NCBI GenBank assembly: GCA_963668675.2
Contig: CAXXMB010000001.1
Location: 1,575,694 to 1,639,693, forward strand
DNA length: 64,000 nt
From: an uncultured Desulfatitalea sp.
GTDB lineage: Bacteria; Desulfobacterota; Desulfobacteria; Desulfobacterales; Desulfosarcinaceae
Direction: 5' to 3'
The translations under genes and the position numbers were made by a program. Below the pieces are notes generated by a model. The model ran no database searches. It was given only the letters and a program-made list of their open reading frames with translations, and was not told where the DNA came from. Shown here one piece after another: positions 9,289 to 18,327 of the stretch (its first letter is position 1; the number at the start of each line of letters is the position of its first letter).

Positions 9289-10128
9289 ATGGCGACACCG
9301 GCAACCACCCATTCGTCCACCGCCTGCCAGCTGCGGGTGGGGACCAGCGGCTACTCCTATCCCGAATGGAGCGATGCCGGATTCTATCCGCCGGGCACCC
9401 CGGCGCGGGACATGCTGCCGCTCTATGCCCGTCAATTCAGCGTCACCGAACTCAACTACACTTGGTACCAGATGCCCAAGGCTGCGGCCATGGAGCGCAT
9501 GATTCCCAGAGTACCCGCCAGCTTCGGGTTCGCGGCCAAACTGACCCGCACCATGACCCATGAGATCGATCCTCACGGCTGGCGCGGCAAAGCGGCCCAG
9601 TTCCGTGAAGGCATCGCCCCGCTGGTGCAGGCTGAGCGGCTGTTGGCCGTTTTGATCCAGCTGCCCCCCTCGTTCGAGCGCAGCCACGCCAACCGCCGCT
9701 ACCTGGCCCACCTGCTGGACGCCCTGGCCGGCCTGCCCCTGGCGGTCGAGTTCCGCAACCGCACCTGGGCCGTGGAGCGGGTGTTTGACGAACTGCAGCG
9801 GCGGCGGGTCACCCTGGTGGCCGTGGATATGCCCGAACTGTCCTACCTCTTCCCCACCCTGGATGTGGTCACCAATCCGGACCTGCTCTACATCCGCTTT
9901 CACGGGCGCAATGACCGGGGTTGGCGCTCGGGCAACATGCAGAAGCAGTTCGACTATCTCTACAGCCCGGCCGAACTGCGGCAGTGGAGCGGAACGCTTC
10001 TGCCCAAAATGGCAGCACAGGCAAACAGCGGCATCATCTTTTTCAACAACCACGTGCGTGCCCAGGCACCGCAAAATGCCAGAACGCTCATGGCGCAACT
10101 GAACTCACCAAATGATGCCGAACGATAA
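9289..10128 (+). CDS. DUF72 (YecE-like TIM-barrel) protein
   Basis: VGTSGYSY, ELN.T.Y, QLPPSF, AVEFR, YIRFHGRN, FDYLYS and FFNNH motifs. Confidence 0.92.
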   Translation: MATPATTHSSTACQLRVGTSGYSYPEWSDAGFYPPGTPARDMLPLYARQFSVTELNYTWYQMPKAAAMERMIPRVPASFGFAAKLTRTMTHEIDPHGWRGKAAQFREGIAPLVQAERLLAVLIQLPPSFERSHANRRYLAHLLDALAGLPLAVEFRNRTWAVERVFDELQRRRVTLVAVDMPELSYLFPTLDVVTNPDLLYIRFHGRNDRGWRSGNMQKQFDYLYSPAELRQWSGTLLPKMAAQANSGIIFFNNHVRAQAPQNARTLMAQLNSPNDAER

Positions 10129-11300
10129 TGGACCGCGACATCATTCATATCAACGTAGCCGATTTTGCCGTGGCGGTGGAGCGCCGTCTGGACCGACGCC
10201 TGGCCGAACGGCCGCTGGTCATCGCCCCTGAGGGGGCGGCCCGGGCCACCGTCTACGACATGAGCGAAGAGGCCTACCAAACCGGCGTGCGCAAAGGCAT
10301 GCCCCTGGGCCGGGCCACACGCCTCTGCCACGATCTGATCGTCCGGCCACCCCAGCCGGCCCGCTACGAACAGGCCATGCGCAGCCTGCTGCACCAGGCC
10401 CTGCCCTACTCCCCCCTCATCGAACCAGGGGACCATGACGGCCATCTCTTCGTTGATGTCACCGGCACCAGCCGGCTGTTCGGCCCGCCCGTGGATGTGG
10501 CCTGGCGCCTGCGCCGCCAAACCCTAAAGGAGTTGGGATTGGACCCCATCTGGGCCCTGGCGGCAAACAAGCTCGTCGCCAAAGTGGCCTCGCGGCTGGT
10601 CAAACCCCATGGCGAGTATATCGTGGCGCCGGGTGACGAGGAGGCCTTTCTGGCCCCCCTGCCCGTGTGGCTCGTGCCCGGCGTCGAAGGGCCGGACCTG
10701 ACCCGGCTGCACGAATTGAACCTGACCCGGGTCCATCAGGTGAGCGGCCTGGGTGCGGCCCGTCTGGAGGTGGCCCTGGGGCGGCCGGCCGGCCATATAG
10801 ACGAGGCCCTGCGCGGCATCGACGCCACCCCGGTGTTGTCGGTCGATCAGAAACCGCCACGGGTCGTCCTGGACCACACCTTCGGCACCGATGTGCACAC
10901 CTACGCGGCGATGGAGGCTCGGCTCTATGCCCTGGCCGAGACGGCCGGCCGACGCCTGCGCCGACAGGGACGGGCGGCCCGCCGCATTGTCGTGGCAGCG
11001 GACTACAGCGACGGCCGACGCTGCGTCCGCCAGCTCCGCTTGGAACCGCCCACGGCAAACGACCTGGTCCTCTTCCCGGCCGCCCGGCGCGCCCTGCACC
11101 TGGCCGTCACCCGGCGTACCCGGGTCCGTCACCTGCGCTTGATCTGCGACCGCCTGGTCTTTCCGCCGGCCCAACTGCCGATTTTCCAGGACGAACGACG
11201 CATCGCACTGCGGCAAAGCAGCCTGATCGCGGTCATGGACAAGGTTCGTGACCGCTTCGGTGGACAGGCGGTCCGCATGGGCAGCGCATGGGCAGGTTAA
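10128..11300 (+). CDS. imuB: ImuB-like Y-family polymerase homolog, likely catalytically inactive
   Basis: DinB-like fold (IIHINVADF, GVRKGM, NKLVAKVAS), but the catalytic Asp is Asn and the SIDE motif is absent; clamp-binding-like AQLPIF near the C-terminus. Confidence 0.75.
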   Translation: MDRDIIHINVADFAVAVERRLDRRLAERPLVIAPEGAARATVYDMSEEAYQTGVRKGMPLGRATRLCHDLIVRPPQPARYEQAMRSLLHQALPYSPLIEPGDHDGHLFVDVTGTSRLFGPPVDVAWRLRRQTLKELGLDPIWALAANKLVAKVASRLVKPHGEYIVAPGDEEAFLAPLPVWLVPGVEGPDLTRLHELNLTRVHQVSGLGAARLEVALGRPAGHIDEALRGIDATPVLSVDQKPPRVVLDHTFGTDVHTYAAMEARLYALAETAGRRLRRQGRAARRIVVAADYSDGRRCVRQLRLEPPTANDLVLFPAARRALHLAVTRRTRVRHLRLICDRLVFPPAQLPIFQDERRIALRQSSLIAVMDKVRDRFGGQAVRMGSAWAG

Positions 11301-11301
11301 A

Positions 11302-14292
11302 ATGGTTCCCCTAACAGTTCGCTCACACTACTCGCTCATGTGGGGCACGGCCTCGATCCCGAACCTCTGTCGAACGGCCCGCCGACTGGGGTACGACCGG
11401 CTGGCGCTGACCGACACCGACAACCTCTACGGCCTGTGGCCCTTTCTGGCCGCCTGCCGCAGGGAGGGATTGACCCCCATCATCGGGGCCGAAGTCACCG
11501 ACCCCGTCCGACCGCACCGCGCCGTCTGCATCGTGACCGACAGCACCGGTTATACCAATTTGTGCCACCTGCTCACCCGGCGCCATATGGACGAGGCGTT
11601 CAATCTTGCCGAATCGCTACCGGCTCACCATCAGGGACTCATCGTACTCACCTCCGATGCCGGTCTGCTCACGAGTTGGCATCGAACCGGCGTGCAGGTA
11701 TACGCCGCCATGCCGCGCACGCCCATTTCACCCACACACCCCTTGCGGCAACACGCCCGCACCATGGGAGTTCCCCTGGTGGCCACACCGGGCAGCTTTT
11801 TCCTGACATCCGAAGAGCACCGCTGCCATCGCCTGCTGCGGGCCATCGATCAAAACAGCACCTTCGAACGATTGAAAAGCGGTCAGGTAGCGCCGGCCAA
11901 CGCCTGGCTGGCCGCACCGGATGTCTATGACCAACGGTTTGCCGCCTGCCCGGAAGCCGTTGCCCAGACACACCTGCTGGCCGAACAGATCACCTTCACC
12001 GGCCCCGATTTCGGCCTGGTCATGCCGCCCTGGCAGGACGCCCACGGTCGGACGGCTGACCAAGCGCTGCGCAAGGCAGCCTACCAGGGAGCCCACCGGC
12101 GCTACGGCCGGGACCTGACCGAACCGGTGGTCGACCGCCTGGAGCACGAGCTGCACACCATCGCCCGCATGAACTTCTGCGCCTACTTCCTCATCGTTCG
12201 CGATATCGTCCAACGCAGCCCCCGTACTTGCGGCCGCGGATCGGGGGCCGCCTCGCTGGTGGCCTACTGCCTCGGCATCACCAATGTCTGCCCGATCAAA
12301 CACAACCTCTATTTCGGCCGCTTCCTCAATCCGGGCCGCAAGGACGCGCCCGATATCGACGTGGATTTTGCCTGGGACGAACGCGATGCCGTTATCCATA
12401 GCGTCCTCGACCAGTACGGTGTGCAGGCGGCCATGGTCTCCAGCCACATTCTGTTTCAGCCTCGCATGGCGGTGCGGGAAACCGCCAAGGTGTTCGGCCT
12501 GACAGAGGGGGAGATCGGCCAGGTCACCAAACGGCTGCCCTGGTTCTGGCGCGTGCGCGCCGGGAAAGAGGATCTTCTGGACGACCTGAAAGAGCGACCG
12601 GAGGCCAAGGCCCTCGATTTTCTCCACCCCTGGCCCGAAATCCTCTCCCTGGCCCAGCAGCTGATCGGAAAGCCCCGCTACCTGTCGGTCCATCCGGGGG
12701 GCGTGGTCATCACTCCGCGTCCCATCCAGGAGTATGTTCCGGTCCAACGGGCCGCCAAGGGCGTCCCCATCATCCAGTGGGAAAAGGACGCCACCGAAAC
12801 CGCCGGTCTGGTCAAAATCGACCTTCTGGGCAACCGCAGCCTGGGGGTCATTCGCGACGCTATGGGTAACGTTCGAAACAACGGTATTGCGTTCGACGAA
12901 TACGGCTGGGAACCCGAAGACGATCCAGCCACCCAGGAGTCCTTGGCCCAGGGCCGCACCATGGGGTGCTTTTACATCGAAAGCCCGGCCATGCGCCTGC
13001 TGCAGCAAAAGGCCGGCGTGGGTGATTTCGAACACCTGGTGATCCATTCAAGTATTATCCGGCCGGCGGCCAACGAGTTCATTCAAGAGTATATCCGTCG
13101 CCTGCAGGGCGGATCGTGGACGTCGATCCACCCCCTGCTCGACGATGTGCTCGAGGAGACCTTCGGCATCATGGTCTACCAGGAGGATGTCTCCCGGGCC
13201 GCCATGGCCTTGGCCGGATTCGACGACGACGCTGCCGACGGCCTGCGCAAAGTGATGTCCAAAAAAGACCGTGAACACCAACTGCAGGACTATTACCAGC
13301 GTTTTGTCAAAGGGGCGCGGCATGAGGGCGTCGCACCGGCGCAGATCGAAGCGGTGTGGGCCATGATGATGAGCTTTTCGGGCTACTCGTTCTGCAAGCC
13401 CCACAGCGCCTCCTACGCGCGGGTCTCATTTCAAGCCGCCTATCTCAAGGTCCACTTCCCCGCCGAGTTCATGGCTGCGGTGATCAGCAACCGGGGCGGC
13501 TTTTACAGCACCTTCGCCTATGTCTCCGAAGCGCGGCGCCTGGGGGTCGTCATCCAACCGCCGGATGTTTGCTGCAGTCAAATCCACTGGATCGGCCGGC
13601 AGGGGAAGATACGGGTCGGCCTGATGGCCATCAAAGGCATCAGCGCTGAAACGTCCCGGCGAATCATCGGCCAACGCGAGCGCCGGTCCTTTGCAAATCC
13701 CACCGATTTTTTCAGGCGTGTTCGACCGGACGAGGCCGAAGCCCGGGCGCTCATCCTGTGCGGTGCCCTGGACGCTCTCTCCCCCGATCTCTCCCGGGCC
13801 CAATTGCTGTGGCTCTTGGCCCAGTGGCGGGCCGACCGCAACGCCGCCGCCAGCGCCCCCGACCTGTTCGCCGAACAGGGTTTACTTCCGCCGCCGGTGT
13901 GGCCGCCCGATGCCCCCCGGGAGCGGCTGCGCCGGGAGTTCAGCGTATTGGGGTTTCTATGCGACCGTCACCCCATGACCCTGTTCAAACGGGCAGCGCA
14001 TCGGGCCAGGGCCATCGAGGCGCGCGAGGTCGTGCGCCGGGTGGGGCGCCGGGTCAAGTTCGCCGGCTGGCTGATCACCGGCAAGGTGGTACACACCAAG
14101 CGGGGCGATCCCATGGAGTTTCTCACCTTCGAAGACGACACCGGGGTACTGGAAACCACCTTCTTTCCCAGGGCCTACGACCGATTCTGCCACCTGCTCG
14201 ACCGCGGCAGGCCCTACCTGCTCGACGGACTGGTCGAGCAGAACTGGGGGGCGGCCACCCTGACGGTGGACCGCGTGCGGCCCCTCTCCTGA
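11302..14292 (+). CDS. dnaE2: Error-prone DNA polymerase III alpha subunit
   Basis: PHP domain (RSHYS, ALTD), GRGSGAAS, PDIDVDF, YSFCKPHS and C-terminal OB fold (FLTFEDDTG); ~1000 aa without the tau-binding tail; adjacent to imuB. Confidence 0.9.
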   Translation: MVPLTVRSHYSLMWGTASIPNLCRTARRLGYDRLALTDTDNLYGLWPFLAACRREGLTPIIGAEVTDPVRPHRAVCIVTDSTGYTNLCHLLTRRHMDEAFNLAESLPAHHQGLIVLTSDAGLLTSWHRTGVQVYAAMPRTPISPTHPLRQHARTMGVPLVATPGSFFLTSEEHRCHRLLRAIDQNSTFERLKSGQVAPANAWLAAPDVYDQRFAACPEAVAQTHLLAEQITFTGPDFGLVMPPWQDAHGRTADQALRKAAYQGAHRRYGRDLTEPVVDRLEHELHTIARMNFCAYFLIVRDIVQRSPRTCGRGSGAASLVAYCLGITNVCPIKHNLYFGRFLNPGRKDAPDIDVDFAWDERDAVIHSVLDQYGVQAAMVSSHILFQPRMAVRETAKVFGLTEGEIGQVTKRLPWFWRVRAGKEDLLDDLKERPEAKALDFLHPWPEILSLAQQLIGKPRYLSVHPGGVVITPRPIQEYVPVQRAAKGVPIIQWEKDATETAGLVKIDLLGNRSLGVIRDAMGNVRNNGIAFDEYGWEPEDDPATQESLAQGRTMGCFYIESPAMRLLQQKAGVGDFEHLVIHSSIIRPAANEFIQEYIRRLQGGSWTSIHPLLDDVLEETFGIMVYQEDVSRAAMALAGFDDDAADGLRKVMSKKDREHQLQDYYQRFVKGARHEGVAPAQIEAVWAMMMSFSGYSFCKPHSASYARVSFQAAYLKVHFPAEFMAAVISNRGGFYSTFAYVSEARRLGVVIQPPDVCCSQIHWIGRQGKIRVGLMAIKGISAETSRRIIGQRERRSFANPTDFFRRVRPDEAEARALILCGALDALSPDLSRAQLLWLLAQWRADRNAAASAPDLFAEQGLLPPPVWPPDAPRERLRREFSVLGFLCDRHPMTLFKRAAHRARAIEAREVVRRVGRRVKFAGWLITGKVVHTKRGDPMEFLTFEDDTGVLETTFFPRAYDRFCHLLDRGRPYLLDGLVEQNWGAATLTVDRVRPLS

Positions 14293-14374
14293 ACAGCTAA
14301 GGCTGAAACGATACAATGTTTTTCTTGCCCGGCACCCCCTAACAGGTTAAAACCCTAAAGGATTCCTCATTTCA

Positions 14375-16171
14375 ATGAAGCGCAGAGAGCTTACAAAAAT
14401 GATCCCCTTCGAACAGATTAAACGCTTTTACGAAGAGCACCTGCCCGACGCCACCTGGAAAGGACACCACCTGGTGGCGCCCTGCCCTTTCTGCTCTACC
14501 GGGCAGAACACTTCCCGGGGCCGGCTCACGGTTCTGCTCAAACCCGACAGCTATTTCCGCGGACTGTTCAAATGCCGGTCCGGATGCAATGCCGGTGGCT
14601 ACCACCTCCACTTTGCCCGCATGCTGGGCATCGACGCCCGCCTTGTACCTGGTTTCGACCCGGATCACGAAGGGTATGCCGCTACCACCCAATACCCTTC
14701 CCGACACCTGGGTTCGGAGATGGAAAAATTCAGCTCGCTCATGAGCGAGCAGCAGTATGACGACTTTGCGCGCTACCAGGTCTCAAAACCGACCCTCGAT
14801 GCCATGCAGATTGGTTTCAACGGCCGTTACCTGGTCCACCCCTACATCCAGGAAAATGGGTTTGCCTATGCGGCACGGTGCGTCATGCCAGGCAGGCAAC
14901 AGGACTTTTTCTGGCACGGAAACGAGGCCTTTTTCAGTGGTGAGGCGGCCATCTACAATGCGGCCGAAATTGGACGCAGCGAGGGTGGTGCCCTGTTCAT
15001 CACTGAAGGCGAATTGAGCCAATTGATTCTTCACTCAATGGGTTATCCGGCCATTGCCGTTCCCAATGCAGATGCCCTCAACGAGTTAAATCCCGAGCGC
15101 CTGGAGCGCATCGAACATCTTTTTATTCTGGTGACCAACACCCCGGAGGCCCGACAGGCGGCCCGGCAATTTGCCGTTCGCCTTGGCTTCAAAGCAAGAA
15201 TTCTCACCTGGCCCGGGCAACTCAAACGCGGCGATCATCTTCCCCAACTGGCCCTCCATCCCGATGTTGAGCTCAAAAAGGCGATCCAGGGAATGATCCG
15301 GCAATCCAAGGCGTTCTCGCCCTTTCCCTCGTCAGAGAGGGAGCACAGTCACTTCATCACGTTTCTCGACCAGCAAAAGGGAAAGGAGATGCCGGGCATC
15401 CAGACCGGTTTTGGCAAACTGGACACTCATACCGATGGGCTGAGGGGCATTAACATCCTGGGCGGACCGCCTAAGGCGGGCAAGTCCTGCTTTTTCATGC
15501 AGGTCTCATCCGAAGTGGCCCGTCGCAAGGTGCCGGTGATCTACTACGACTTTGAAAACGGACGGCAAAAGGTCTACTCGCGCACCCTGGTGCGCCTGAG
15601 CAATGTGTCCGAAAAAAAGATGCGAAACGGGGCGTTGAAACCTGAGGAGGCCGAACAGCTGAAAAAAGGGCATGTGGCGTTCAGGAACCTACTCTCCTAT
15701 TTCAGGGTGGTCAACGACCGTCAGCTCTCTCCAGACACCATGCGGCGCCATATCGATTTTATCAAACACGAAACCGGACAGGATGACCTGCTGGTGGTGG
15801 TGGACAGCCTGCACAAGTTGCCGTTCAAGGATCTGACCGAACGGCGCACAGGCATCGACTCCTGGCTGAGGCAGTTCGAAGCGATTCGCGACGAGAACCA
15901 GGTCTGTTTTCTGGTCATCAGCGAGCTTAGCCGAGGTAAGGGAGGCGGCTATGGCGAGACACCGGACTTGAGCTCTTTTAAAGAGTCCGGTGATATTGAG
16001 TACAGTGCCGATAACGCTTTCATCCTCATGCCCAATTGGGATCCCCTGTCGCCAACGGTGGCGTCCCAACGAACCAGCAATCTGTGGATTGTGGCCAGCC
16101 GCGAGGCCAATCCCGGCAAGGTCGCCGAATATGAACTGGACTATCCTTTCTGGCGCTTCAAGGAGCTGTAA
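14375..16171 (+). CDS. Twinkle/T7 gp4-like protein: Cys4 Zn finger + degenerate TOPRIM + SF4 (DnaB-like) helicase
   Basis: CPFC..CRSGC; FITEGE; Walker A GGPPKAGKS, YYDFEN, VVVDSL, ISELSR, FKESGDIEYSAD. Confidence 0.8.
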   Translation: MKRRELTKMIPFEQIKRFYEEHLPDATWKGHHLVAPCPFCSTGQNTSRGRLTVLLKPDSYFRGLFKCRSGCNAGGYHLHFARMLGIDARLVPGFDPDHEGYAATTQYPSRHLGSEMEKFSSLMSEQQYDDFARYQVSKPTLDAMQIGFNGRYLVHPYIQENGFAYAARCVMPGRQQDFFWHGNEAFFSGEAAIYNAAEIGRSEGGALFITEGELSQLILHSMGYPAIAVPNADALNELNPERLERIEHLFILVTNTPEARQAARQFAVRLGFKARILTWPGQLKRGDHLPQLALHPDVELKKAIQGMIRQSKAFSPFPSSEREHSHFITFLDQQKGKEMPGIQTGFGKLDTHTDGLRGINILGGPPKAGKSCFFMQVSSEVARRKVPVIYYDFENGRQKVYSRTLVRLSNVSEKKMRNGALKPEEAEQLKKGHVAFRNLLSYFRVVNDRQLSPDTMRRHIDFIKHETGQDDLLVVVDSLHKLPFKDLTERRTGIDSWLRQFEAIRDENQVCFLVISELSRGKGGGYGETPDLSSFKESGDIEYSADNAFILMPNWDPLSPTVASQRTSNLWIVASREANPGKVAEYELDYPFWRFKEL

Positions 16172-16180
16172 TCAATTCTC

Positions 16181-16621
16181 ATGAAGCAGATGGATCAGCA
16201 TATTAAAAAAGGCATTGAACAGGCCGTTTTGGATGAACCCTTTGCACGGGCGCTCAAGATCTCCCTCAAAGCGCTTTCGCTGGGGCATTCGGTGGTGGAA
16301 ATGGTCTATGAACCGGCGCTGATGGACAATATTTATGCCCGTGCGCACGGTGGCGCCCTTTTCGCCCTCATCGACGAAGCGTTCGAGACCGCCTCACAGA
16401 CTCACGGCATCATCGCCGTGGCGCTAAATGTTAACGTCACCTATATCCAATCACCTGAGCCTGGCGATCTTCTGCGGGCGCAAGCGAATGAAGTGGCGGC
16501 CACACGCAAGACAGCAACGTACGACATCAGAGTGACCAATGGTGAAGGGACCCTGATCGCCACCTGTCAGGCCCTGGCCTACCGGACAGGCATGCCCGTG
16601 CCATTTTCCTCCGCGCAGTGA
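16181..16621 (+). CDS. PaaI-family thioesterase (hotdog fold)
   Basis: N...AHGGALFALIDEA motif. Confidence 0.88.
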   Translation: MKQMDQHIKKGIEQAVLDEPFARALKISLKALSLGHSVVEMVYEPALMDNIYARAHGGALFALIDEAFETASQTHGIIAVALNVNVTYIQSPEPGDLLRAQANEVAATRKTATYDIRVTNGEGTLIATCQALAYRTGMPVPFSSAQ

Positions 16622-16767
16622 CCGGATCGAGCGCACGCTGAAATCGCCGAATCCCGTGCCATATCTCCTTCCAATAGAGAAAGATTAAAGCTCGCCCTAC
16701 TAACCGCCGATAACCCACTATATCAGTGAATCAGGTGACCCAAAGGGACGGTTGACCTGGAATAGGA

Positions 16768-16941
16768 ATGATGAAACCAAAAGTGCTCATAATTCTCGCA
16801 TGGATCTTCTTTGTTGCGGCGCGCCGTACCTCGGATGAGCTATGGTATTTCTGCATGGCCTACAGTCTTATCCTGGCCATCTGCTCGCTCTTCTATAGGA
16901 GAGAGAAGCGAGTAGTGATCCGTTCAAAATCAACTTCCTGA
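16768..16941 (+). CDS. Possible small membrane protein (57 aa; below the ORF-track cutoff)
   Basis: AGGA upstream; translates MMKPKVLIILAWIFFVAARR...YFCMAYSLILAICSLFYRREKR with two hydrophobic segments. Confidence 0.35.
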   Translation: MMKPKVLIILAWIFFVAARRTSDELWYFCMAYSLILAICSLFYRREKRVVIRSKSTS

Positions 16942-16997
16942 TCCTACTGATGCCCCTTATTTGTCACTTCGATCCAAAATGAAGTGGCCACTGTCGT

Positions 16998-17801
16998 TTA
17001 TCGAATCGGCTGCAACCCCTCCATGACCGGCTCCGCATTGGAGGGCGCAGCGATGATCAGATGGTCGTCGATTCGAGTGCCATCCACATAATCACCTATA
17101 AAAAAACTGGATCCGTCGGATTTATACAGCTTGGCGCCCACCGCTTCCACGATGATGCGCACCGCGGCAAGGTCCTTGAATGATTCATGGGCCACGACGG
17201 CCGCATCGGCCCTTCCCATGGCCACGTAACAGATATGAACGCCGGTGCTCCCGAGCGCTCTGACTTTACCGGGAAACTGGAACTGATAGTGCTGGTGAAA
17301 ACGGGAATACGTCAGGACAAGGCTCTCTCGGCTGAGATCGCCGCGGTCCACCAACTCGAGGGGGCGGTCGTTCCAGTAAGCCTGCTGCCCGGCGACGGCG
17401 CGAAAAAGGTCCTTGGTCGCCGGCATATAGAAACAGCCCAGAACCGGCCAATTGTTTTCGTACAATGCCAGCGACATCCCCCAGATCGGAATGCGGGTTT
17501 GAAAATTGTCGACGCCGTCCAGGGGATCGAACACCCAAAGGTAGCGCTTGGCGCCATGGGTATATCCCTCGCCCAGCGGATCCTTTTCATATAGCTGATG
17601 ATCGGGGAATTGCGCCGTAATCTTCTTCTGAAAAGAGCTGTTCAGATGAAGCTCGGCCTGGGTGACAAGATCCTGGTCGAAGGGGGGATGTAGATGGCCC
17701 TTGCCGTAAAACTGAAGGGCTTCTTCTCCCATCTGGAAAATCGTTTCCATTGCAAACGAGTTCAACGCGCCGATGTCAGGGACAGCAGCAGAATGCGCCA
17801 T
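16998..17801 (-). CDS. Inositol monophosphatase family protein
   Basis: WVFDPLDGVDNF motif, VRALGS..ICYVA.GRAD and DLAA; GGAGG RBS before MAHS. Confidence 0.85.
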   Translation of the reverse strand: MAHSAAVPDIGALNSFAMETIFQMGEEALQFYGKGHLHPPFDQDLVTQAELHLNSSFQKKITAQFPDHQLYEKDPLGEGYTHGAKRYLWVFDPLDGVDNFQTRIPIWGMSLALYENNWPVLGCFYMPATKDLFRAVAGQQAYWNDRPLELVDRGDLSRESLVLTYSRFHQHYQFQFPGKVRALGSTGVHICYVAMGRADAAVVAHESFKDLAAVRIIVEAVGAKLYKSDGSSFFIGDYVDGTRIDDHLIIAAPSNAEPVMEGLQPIR

Positions 17802-17975
17802 GGCACCTCCTTGAAATAGATATGATAGATGAAATGATATTGACAAAGGAAGGGACAGGATGGGGGGTCCATCCGCGGCGGGCATCGAACAGCGCTCCGG
17901 CGGGATGCCGAACCGCTACCTCTACGCTATGGTCTGTCAGACACAGATCTGCGGGTGTTTCAATATAATGAGGGT

Positions 17976-18161
17976 CTACTTTTTGGTCGAGGCGTATCCG
18001 TCTGCGTACCATCCGCCGCCTTTTAGTTCAAAGGTGCAGGGACTCATAATTTTTTTGGCCATCTCTTTCCGGCACTGGGGGCACTTGGCCTCATTGGTGC
18101 CCATAGGCACCAGATCCTCAAAAACATGTCCGCATTTGCATTCAAATTCATATACTGGCAT
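17976..18161 (-). CDS. FmdB-family zinc-ribbon protein
   Basis: MPVYEFEC.CGH.FE, CPQC and FELKGGGWY.DGY. Confidence 0.9.
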   Translation of the reverse strand: MPVYEFECKCGHVFEDLVPMGTNEAKCPQCRKEMAKKIMSPCTFELKGGGWYADGYASTKK

Positions 18162-18327
18162 AGCTGCACTCTCCAAAAGCTGCCTCATCGCAGCATCTAA
18201 TTTTATGGGCCAATGTATTGAGCAAATCGCTTTCTGTCAAGACGTATTGCGATGATTTACCCATGAGGCCTGGGCGGCAGCAGACCGGCAGCACGAGTTG
18301 CCGGTCTGCTGCAAAAGAGAGGGAAAC

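Noticed and set aside
10128..11300. Active DNA polymerase IV (dinB)
   Set aside because: The catalytic Asp and the SIDE motif are missing; context indicates ImuB.
14375..16171. Prophage replication module
   Set aside because: No structural, integrase or other phage genes nearby; composition resembles the host.
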